Below, in pieces: positions 54,190 to 64,000 of a DNA stretch of 64,000 bases. Where the stretch lies: positions 13,330,001 to 13,394,000 of the forward strand of contig CP075496.1 of assembly GCA_021613535.1 (NCBI GenBank). The letters are read 5' to 3'. Within the stretch, counting starts at the first letter, position 1; every line of letters begins with the position of its first letter. The notes below the pieces were generated by a model. It was not told the DNA's origin, did no database searches, and worked only from the letters and a program-made list of their open reading frames with translations. Both the position numbers and the translations under genes were made by a program. The stretch comes from Adineta vaga (Eukaryota > Animalia > Rotifera).

Positions 54190-55499
54190 TTAACGTCGAC
54201 GATCTCGTTCACGAGATCGAGAACGATCACGATTTGACGGTGATCGAGAGCCACCTGGTGGTTTCTTTTGACGCCGTTGATACAAACGCTTTCGCAAATC
54301 TTTGGAAATCTAAAATAGACAAAATTATACAATGTAGAAAGAGGACAAAACACATAGTTCAATTCAACTTACCGGTTTCAAATGCATAAAGTTGCAAAAA
54401 CCACCACGAGGACAATCCCTAAAATACAAAGAAAAAAAGAATCAACTATTGTCTTTAATGTTCATTTATCCACTTGATAATTAGCCATGCTTCTATCTAA
54501 GATAAGTAATAGCCTTGAAAGAATTTCCAATAAATCATTTTATTCATATCTTATTAAATACCGTTTCAAAGGACGAATATTGTGAACTCAACTGATACTA
54601 GACAAACAGAATAATATGAATCTACAAGATATCAATGAATACTTCACGATAGAAAGATGAACAATAGCTTACGAAATCATATTAATACGATTTAAAAGAA
54701 GACTAGCTTTGAATTTGATTGATAATAACTGGTTTCCTATCGAGAATTTAATCCAGAAATCTAAATAGATCTAACCATACAAAGAAAAAAAAACAACTGA
54801 TTCTTTTCCTTAGAATACCAGCAAACGGAGAATATCATGACCTTTTTGTTTCTAAACTAATCATAAGTATTGATCCTCTAAATGATCGGTTCGTTGACGA
54901 TTTTTTCAAGATAAGAAAAAAAAGCAGATTGATAAAATTTTCAATTTCCTTACCCCATTTGATATTGTCGACAACAAGCTTCATGAAAATCAGTTACAGG
55001 ACTTAATTCAGCATAAACAGCACGTCCATCAAACCAACGATTATTAAGATCAACAACAGCCTTTTCTGCGTCTTCTTCGAAATGAAATTTTACATAGCAA
55101 TTACCTAAATAGAAATAATAATAATCAAACAAAAGTGTTTCTATCATTTTTAGAAAACTTACCAGCTAAATGTTCGGATAAATTGTCACAAATATTCATT
55201 TCTTCAATTTCACCATATTTTCTTTCTAATTCAACAAATAATTCTTCAAATGTATCATCAAAATGTTCTTGAATACGTTCTTCTGTAATATCATCCACAA
55301 TAAATGATTTATCAGCTTTTTGTGAACTATTTTCTAAACTTAGATAAAGATTTTTCAATAAAATCGTTTGACTAAACGTTGGTTTGTTGTGTAATTTCGA
55401 GCAATGTTCACCATGTCGACATGCACCAATTTTAAAGAAAAACGAACAATTAACTTTATCTTTTTCTGTACCAAATATCGATGCAAGATAATCAGCCAT
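54190..55499 (-). CDS. U2AF1: U2 auxiliary factor 35 kDa subunit
   Basis: MADYLASIFGTEKDKVNCSFFFKIGACRHG, UHM domain with NRWFDGR, ELSPVTDFHEACCRQY, GGFCNFMHLKP, and a short RS tail ending RSRSRERDRRR*. Confidence 0.95.
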
Positions 55500-55748
55500 T
55501 GATTTTAATTATCTTCAATATTTGACACCACGTTGTATACAATGTATAGAAGACGAGCAAATACAAAACGAACAAACACAATACGTTCTTTCTTTCTTCT
55601 ATATCTCATCCATAGAATATTCTATGGATGCATTAATTTCATTGGTCGAAAATTTATAATAAAAAAAAGAAAATAACAAATATTTTTTCTTTCTATTCTG
55701 ATGATATTTTTTGAAGAAAAGAAAAGGTAATCAAAAATTAAAATTGTA
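55500..55748. promoter_or_regulatory. Probable bidirectional promoter between U2AF1 and HSD17B12
   Basis: Divergent ATGs only 249 bp apart. Confidence 0.5.
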
Positions 55749-57256
55749 ATGGGTTTCTTGGCCACAACTGGAGCATTTGCACTTGTCTATGTTGCAGCAC
55801 GTCTCGCTGCATTTTTCTATCGACTTCTATGTCCAAAGAAACTTGATATAAGAAAATTCGGCGAATGGGCGTTAGTTACTGGTAGTACAGATGGTATTGG
55901 AAAAGCATATGCTATTGAATTAGCTAAGCGAGGTAGACAAATAAAAGATAAATGAAAACTAAAATGAATGTAAATTGTATTGTTATTATTAATTAGGACT
56001 TAATATCATTTTAATTAGTCGAACGAAAGAAAAATTAGAACAAGTAGCAAAAGAAATTCATAGCAAAAATTCAAATGTACAAGTTAAAACCATTGCTATT
56101 GATTTTACAAGTATGATATTTTTATTTAATTGAAAGAAATTTAATTAGTAATTGATTTGACGTACATCTGTTCACCTTCATAGTGAAACATCTCCATAAC
56201 AAATTTCAATAACTTTGTTTATGTGTTATTTGTTGTGGTTTTTTTTTCATAGAATTATAGAAACAGAATGATATATTGGACATTCAAAAAAGTACAAGTA
56301 TTACAAAGATATAGATGGATGAATCAGAGATATTTTTAACAAGATGAAAACTCGTATCTGAGGGACAATCACGACATAATAGCTAAATTGTAATATTGAG
56401 CAATGATTTAGTTCACTTTATATAGATTTTGTGCTATTAATTAGGTAATTGAATGGATTTTGTTTTCATTATTTAGAAGATAATTCAATCTACACGACAA
56501 TTCGTGAAGAGATTCATGGTTTGGATATTGGTATCCTAGTCAATAATGTTGGAATGTCATATGAATATCCTGAATTCTTTGATAAAGTTGAAGATAGTGC
56601 TAAATTAGTACATAATATGATTCGGTGTAATGTTGATTCCGTTGCATATTTAACTCAAATGATTTTACCAGGTATGAATCTATTCTTCTGTTTAAATTTA
56701 AGTTTAATTTTATTATCTTTGTTCAGATATGCTTCAGAAACGTCGCGGTCTCATTGTTAATCTTTCTAGTGTCTCAGGTCGACGACCCGTACCATTATTA
56801 GGTCTCTATTCTGGTACAAAGGGATTCGTAGATTTGTTTTCAAGGTTAGTAAAACATTAATGTCTGTTGATATTTTGTAAATATTGTTCTTGTATAGATC
56901 ATTGGCTGCTGAATGTGCATCTCGTGGTGTTTTAATTCAATCATTATGTCCAGGTTTTGTTGTTAGTAAATTATCAGGCATTCGTAAATCATCTCTATTC
57001 TCTCCAACACCAGAAAAATTTGTATCTAGCGCAATTGATCGTGTTTCACTTCCATTTACAACCGGATATTGGGCACATGAACTTCAAGTAAATTGTAGAA
57101 CATTTGTGAATAACAAAACTTTTCTTTGTTTGATTTATATTTATTTAGGATTTTGGTCAATCTCTTCTACCAGATTTCCTTTCCAATAAAGCTACAATGT
57201 ATGTTTTAGGTGGTGTTCGTGCTAGAGCGTTAAAAAAACGTAATCGTGCACAATGA
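55749..57256 (+). CDS. HSD17B12: Very-long-chain 3-oxoacyl-CoA reductase (SDR family)
   Basis: [34 protein letters not shown], catalytic YSGTK and [10 protein letters not shown]. Confidence 0.88.
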
Positions 57257-60146
57257 ATAAATTCTTAGTGAACATTTCAAACTTTTCTTAATTCATATAC
57301 TTATTGTCTGCATTTGGGTATTAGCATTCTTGTGATATTACTTTTAGATCTCTCCTTCTTCTTCTTCTTTTTTTCGAATTCAAAGTCAACCTTATGATAA
57401 TTGTATGACACATGATCACATAAGGATGATAATTTGATTTTTGAAATAAAACTTTTCCTTTTAAACGGATAATATTACTAAAAGAATGATTCTGTTTCTG
57501 AATATTCCTCAAAAATTGAAATCAACTATTCAGTTAGATACGTATCCTGTATCTCCTCCTACTACACTTGTATACAATGCGAATGAACTCAAAAACATTC
57601 TCATTCATATAATAAATCAGAGAAATATGAATACGAACAAGCTACTTTGTCAATGATAATGACTTCTCAACTATTTTATGACAGGACACTTTATTTCTCA
57701 CATAGAAAGACAATTGAATTATTACGTTTTTTTAATCAATTATTTGATTCATAACATTTTTATCAGCAAAATATGACAATTCTGTTTATGGTTCGAATAA
57801 TTTGGATGGTTCATTTGATCGATTTATCGAATTGATTGAGTGTCTGTTTAAAAGAAAAATAACATCAATGTTTCTTGTACGACAATTACTGCTGTATTTT
57901 GAACTTATCATACATTTTGATTTATGATTTGACCTTGCTTTATGGTTAAAATATTTTGATAAGAGTTCAATGGTTTTTTTATATAAACAAATGCAGAATA
58001 ATACATATAATGTATTTTAATGACTGTTGGCATTGTCGTTTGAAATCAAAATGAGTTATTTATATTACATAAAAGAGAATGAAGTTCGAAGGAAATTATT
58101 CTGATGAATAGAACGACAAACTATTAAAGAAAAATTAGTTAATAGTACTGGATTTTGTTAGAATTTTATATTTAATTCCTTGTTACTTTCTTTCTAGTTG
58201 AATATATATATATATATATAAATAAAAAGACTACTCATTCATATGCTCAAGGCAATCTTATCGAGAGCTTTTATTTAAGTAGCAGCATTAATCACTATTC
58301 TTTTTTTTCTTTCATTTACAAGATTAAAACTTTTCTTTATTAAGAAAAAAACTCGAAGTTTACTAAGAAATTCTTTGAAACTCTCGATCTTATCTTTTGT
58401 ATTATTCTAATAGATTCGAATCGTATCTACTTCATATAAAATAACGAAAATTGAATAATCCATTTGTATCTATCGTTTTATGTGATTTATACGCACGAAT
58501 TGATCCTATTCGTCCAATAATTTTAATTATATCCTTTCTATCATGTGATATGATTGCATGTTTTCTTGAGTGCGAATATTTTTCTTGAGTAACAATTATT
58601 ATTATCTATATTAAATAAAATTAAAAGAAAAATCGTTAATATTCACTATTAATCGAACTATCTACATATTTGAAGAAAGAACTAGACGAGAAAAAAAATA
58701 TATATGATTTTTTTTAGATGAAGAAGAAGAAGATGAAGAAGAAGACATCGTATCTATCTTATTTAATCAATGAATGAATGATAATACATTGAAGAATAAA
58801 TTATCGAGACTATTTCATGATGTCTATACATCATCGACATCTCGTTTCGGATGCATAAATTAGATTTTCAGACAGTAACAACAACAATAACAGGATAGTA
58901 GTTGCATTCGATAAAGAAAAAAGATGCCTAAGGATGCTCGTGACCCCGTATGTACACGTCAGTTCATATTTCTTTTTTCTTGTCCATCTGACGGTCCGTC
59001 GACCCATGACTAATTTAATCAACTAGACCAGAAAAATGAACTTGACTAACAATCGATATTAGTGTAGTGGTAGTTCTATCGAACTAAAGACAATTCTCAT
59101 CATTACATCTGAAGAGTATATATATATATATATGGATAGTTAGTAGGTTATAATCGTTGAGCTTTCTATTCATTCGATTAGTGCATATACAGAAGCCATT
59201 CGCACGCTCGATCGGCATTAAGACACTTCCGATTTGTCTGCGACGATCGAGAAGAAAAACGAATTAGTTTGTACCAAAAGTATTGGCGACATTTTTTGTC
59301 TGTCTCCTTTCTCTTCATGTCTTCTCATATGCCGCTCGACATTTCTATTGTATTGAAAATTGGCTGAGTTCATTGTACACACGTATTCAATTCATCTCTA
59401 ATTCTGTGCGACATACGCAGCTGAATGGAAACATGGCAATGATGGTGGAACGAAGAAAAGAACTAGTTCACACACACACACATACTTTTTTGTGCGTATA
59501 AAAGACTACGCCTTCTGGTGTCTGTTCTTCTTTTTTTCTCTCTTCTCTTCACTTCTTTTCTTTCCACTCTGTAGAAGAGCGTTCAACCAATTTTTTTTTC
59601 AAAGCAAAGGGTGCACAAAACTGAGAAAGAAAGAAAATGTGTTCGCTTGCACGCACATATAAACGCGTCGAAAAGATGCTTCCATCTAATTTTCAGAAGA
59701 TATATATATATATATATGAGAAAGAGACGATAATGGAAAATTAAATAGAAGCAAGAGAAAGAAATGAGATTAGATTCAATCGTCTTAGCAGGTATGAGAT
59801 TGTTGGTAAATCTAAGGTTTTTCCTTTCAGTTGTTACAATGTGAAAGATCATTGAAGAGAAAGTAATCAGCACACGCTAACATCAGTCTGACAAAAAAGA
59901 AATCAGTATAGTGAGAGAAAAAAAAAGAGAAGAAAAAAAAGAGAGAATAAGAATGAACGACGAAGAAAAAGTTCCGGAAGAGGGTGAGAAAAAGAAACAT
60001 GGTCTTTCTTTTAACTTCTATTTGATGTACGTCTTTGCTTGACATATTCGATGAAACATTGGACTATTGCCAATGATACTTCTATGTTGTCTTCTAACGA
60101 CGAAGCATAGTCATTTTCTTTTTACTTTTAGATCTAGTCATTTATC

Positions 60147-61763
60147 ATGGGTAATGTACCGCCACGACAATCGAAATCTTATCGTGATGGACTTAATCAT
60201 CTTTCCTCAGCAACAACTTCACCACCACCACCACCAACTCCAAATCGTTCTTCATGGAAAAAACAATTACAAATTATCAATGATACATTGAATCTCAAGA
60301 AATTTTCTCTGCGTCATACTCATGGAAGACATAAACGTTATCGAACAAATTTCGATGATATCAATCATTCCAAACTATCAACATCAGTTACAACACAAAA
60401 TTTTTCTGATATAACAAAAAATAATTCCGAAAAATCTGCTAAAGATGAACGAAATGAAAAGAAATTTTCACAAGATAATCATTTTACTAAATCCTTTAGT
60501 TTATTTTCTATGAAACAACCAATGACAGATTTAACCAACAAAGAAATTATGACAAAATCAATTAATACAACAATTAAAGAAAAAGATGATATACCACAAG
60601 AACCAACAACATCGAACAGTAGAACAACACAAAATTGCAAACAACAAGAGAAACTTTCTATGAAAGAAAATCAAACAGCAGATGTTTCTAATCAATATAA
60701 ACGACGACATAAATTTGAATCAACAACAACAGGTGAACATCAACTTTGTTTAATCTGTCCTTGACGTGCATTAAAGAAAGTCTAACATTCTTTGAAACAT
60801 CGAAACTATTCTATCAATCCATGTTTTCACTCCTTCCTCTCTAGAGATTCCGTTCTGAAAAAAAAACCCCGACATATGTCATGCTTATAAAGAAGTATCC
60901 CAGGAGTGATTCGAAATTCAAATCTCTGTTTGATTTGATGAGGTAGTCGAGTATGTACAGAGATAGATTATATAATACATATTGAATAATACAATCAATC
61001 ATAACAAAATGAAAAGTGTATTGTAAATCTATGATTTGAGAGAAATTCATTTTGATTTGAATATCAGAATCTTTTCATTTATTTAGTATCAAATTCATTG
61101 GTTAATAAACGTCATTCAGCATTTATTGCTCCATCATATCATCTATCCAAATCTCAATCACAATATTGTCATCAACCTAATCATATACAATTATCTTCAT
61201 ATACAAAAATTACGAATGGTTTATCAGCAAGTACAAAACATATTCGTACTATAGAAAAACATACAACTCGTAAAACAATTATTCAAGCATCAACAAGTGA
61301 ATTACTTCGATGTTTAGGTGAATATTTATGTTCATGTTGTTCACATTTATTACCAATTCTTGATCCATTGGATTGTATTTTATGGATAAAAAGTGCTGAT
61401 CGTCAATTAATTTTACAAGGTTGGCAAGAACAAGTCTTTGTTAATCCAGCAAATATTGTTTTTGTTTATTTACTTGTACGTGAAACATTAACATATGTAA
61501 TACCATCAATAACGATTAAAAATGTTACTGAATTACATGCAATTATCTTAACATGTCTTTATCTTGCATTTAGTTATATGGGAAATGAAATCACATATCC
61601 ATTAAAACCTTTTGTTACTGACAATGAAACACGTGATGTCTTTTGGCAACGTGTAGTTTTAATTATGGGACGATCGAGTTCGAAAATGTTAGCTATTAAT
61701 CAAAATCCGAAATTTTTTACCGAATGTTTTTCTGAATTGAAAACTTATAATCTAGTCCGTTAA
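60147..61763 (+). CDS. CDK5R1: Cyclin-dependent kinase 5 activator (p35 family), 2 exons
   Basis: N-terminal MG (myristoylation site), IIQASTSELLRCLGE, DRQLILQGWQ, LTCLYLAFSYMGNEITYPLKPF and FFTECFSELK. Confidence 0.92.
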
Positions 61764-61863
61764 GAAAATGTTGTTTGTTTTCTTTTCTTCTTCTTTTTTT
61801 CTATTTGTGCAATAAAGAATTATATAAAAGAAAAAAAAAGGAGAAACTAGGAATGAAATCAAA

Positions 61864-62406
61864 TCATTTTTCTTGTGCATTAGTATTATTTAATAATGTA
61901 TTATTCACACCATCATGACGTAAATCAATCATGGTATTGATTTGATAAGTTATATCACGTATTGCATCAATAACAATTTTTAATTGAATCTGTTTTTCAT
62001 TAAGAATTTCTTCATAGATTGCTTTCTGTTTTAATAAACGTGATAATTCAGGATTGTTTGTTACAGTTGTTGGTTCACGATTGACAACATATTCGTGAAT
62101 TTCACGTAAACGTAAGAATAAATATCGTAATGAACTTAATTGTACTGTTATATCGTTTAATGTTGCTTCAAAACGTGTACGTTTATCAGCAAGATTTTGT
62201 GCTTGTTGTTGTTGATGATTTGGATTTGGTAGATGTGGCGTTGGACGTGTTAATTGTGTAAGCCATACACAGATTTCTGTTGGTTTACTAACTAATTCTT
62301 GAACAGTTTCTTGACATTGACGAATACAAGCAAGACGTGATAATGGTTCTGATTGACCACTTGTTGGTAATTTTAATGATGATAAAGAAGAAGAAGAAGA
62401 ATGCAT
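61864..62406 (-). CDS. MED30: Mediator subunit 30-like
   Basis: QETVQELV near the N-terminus, LRYLFLRLREIHE, and QLKIVIDAIRDITYQINTM match the MED30 pattern. Confidence 0.75.
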   Translation of the reverse strand: MHSSSSSLSSLKLPTSGQSEPLSRLACIRQCQETVQELVSKPTEICVWLTQLTRPTPHLPNPNHQQQQAQNLADKRTRFEATLNDITVQLSSLRYLFLRLREIHEYVVNREPTTVTNNPELSRLLKQKAIYEEILNEKQIQLKIVIDAIRDITYQINTMIDLRHDGVNNTLLNNTNAQEK

Positions 62407-63791
62407 TGAGAATATCTAAAATAATAATATTCATCAAATCTCAATAGACTAGACAACCTTAATCGTGATAAAATATGATTAAATATTGACAGTTAGATTT
62501 TTTTCCTTCAACGAGAAAAAAATTCAATGGAATATTTAATGAATTATATCACACGAGCTTGATTTTCTACGATTCTGCTTACGTCATTTTGTAAGAAAAT
62601 GATTTATTAATGATATTGAAAGTTTAATTACGATAATGAAAACAAGTAAATACGGAAAACGCATTAACATCAAATACAATCTTCACTATACTCAGCACGT
62701 CTTTTATAGTAATTGATAATCTTCTAATTAATAACACTTCTTATTACTCTATAATTAAATAATCACGTTCTTTTTTTTTCTAGGATTAGGAAACTTTAAA
62801 GAAAAGAAAAAAGAATGTGTTCAATGATTGATGTAAAATACTATTGCAGATAATTACTACCAAAATAAAAATGAACGACTTTTCTTATTTGGCGTACTTC
62901 ACATTGTATTCATGTTTAAAATCGAATTTGATCTATCTCAGACAGTCTAAGATAAATATAGAAAACACTTGAGAATACACCGGTTTCATATGATTCTCCG
63001 TCTGGTAGACACGAATGACGGATTAAGATATTTCATTTCAGAATATTTACTAACGTCGAAGAAGTATCCTAAGATTAATATACCGATCCAATTCAATTGA
63101 ATCCGTATTTCATTTCAATCTATAAATATCTTAGATTATTGCGTTTGTGGAAACATACCATAAGATAAAAGTGTAAGGAACAATTTTAATACTTATGCAA
63201 AAAATTATTTATGATAGACTTAATATTTGTTAAAGTGATATTTACCTATGAAAAAAGTGCAATAATCTGTTATAAAATACTTTTCTTTGTCTGTCAAAAT
63301 TCTTTCAGGTAAAATCTTGTCAATGCATTGGTTATCTCATATTCCAACAATGAATTTATTTTCTCTAGTGACATCTGTTATATGTAATTCGGAAAAGAAA
63401 AAAAAGATAATTTAAATTTCTTCAGTATTCAAATGTATAATTTCATCATTCTAAAACATTATTTATTTTTTAAAATTTAAAATAAAAAACTTTCATTTGT
63501 CGACTTACTTACATCAACAATGGCAATGTTCATCAAAAAGAGACGAGAACAAACAAAAAATAATAATAAACGGTATTCTCTTCACTTCACTCTTCGTTTT
63601 TTTTACACATTTCTAGATCAATTTTTATGCTCTTGAAATAGGCTTATTTCTCATTGATTAACATCCTTTCTTTCTCTGTGTGTACTTTTGTGTTAATCTT
63701 TTTTTTTTGTTTGAATTCTATGAAATTTGATTGTTGATTTTCATTATCGAATATTCAATTGATCTCGCTCGATGATCATCGTTTTTTTCTA

Positions 63792-64000
63792 ATGGACTTA
63801 ACTAATAATCTAATTAATTCCAATACTACACCATCGACAACCACAACAAATCCACCGAAACGTGTTCGAATTGAAAGTGATGATTGGAGTGATAAAACAC
63901 CTCGATCACGTCTACTTGAACGTTGGAAAGAACAAGATGTATACATCGATTATTTAGAATTACGTTTACATCAATTACAACAATCGATTGACTCAAATGA
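63792..64000 (+). CDS. WTAP: WTAP/Fl(2)d N-terminus (truncated by window end)
   Basis: PPKRVRIESDDWSDKTPRSRLLERWKEQDVYIDYLE resembles the WTAP start (PKKVRL...LILRWKQYEAYVQALE). Confidence 0.72.
   Translation, partial: MDLTNNLINSNTTPSTTTTNPPKRVRIESDDWSDKTPRSRLLERWKEQDVYIDYLELRLHQLQQSIDSN

Noticed and set aside
57500-58200. Possible gene remnant downstream of HSD17B12 (similar hints at 36950-37500 and 62900-63150)
   Set aside because: No consistent frame or recognisable motif.
1-64000. tRNA, rRNA, spliced-leader RNA gene or autonomous transposon
   Set aside because: None recognised by eye; a covariance-model and repeat-library search would be needed to exclude small RNAs.

Overview
AT-rich eukaryotic (animal) DNA with dense genes and many short, about 50-60 nt GT-AG introns. 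Gene style, intron size, the MITE type and non-animal-looking enzymes suggest a bdelloid rotifer (inference, not proven). I can reconstruct about 22 spliced genes by hand: CEP170-like, MTA, GM130, GINS1, ABCF2 with a nested antisense InaF-motif gene, a calponin/transgelin, a FUSC/aromatic-acid-exporter-like membrane protein, an N-formylglutamate amidohydrolase-like enzyme, a frameshifted secreted-peptide precursor, a glycolate oxidase, a TDA3-like FAD oxidoreductase, a MARVEL-like protein, two tandem PBX genes, an orphan gene, RERE/atrophin, PPP6C, U2AF1, HSD17B12, CDK5R1, MED30 and the start of WTAP. Highlights: (1) runs of co-oriented genes mostly only about 120-160 bp apart, each downstream ATG preceded by an unpaired 3' splice acceptor, consistent with operons resolved by spliced-leader trans-splicing; (2) a 28-37 kb block of metabolic genes that are horizontal-transfer candidates; (3) an 8.7-13.4 kb zone of decayed genes including an intron-retaining GET3/ASNA1 pseudogene; (4) a divergent tandem PBX pair. 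All identifications come from motif recognition by eye; no database search was run.
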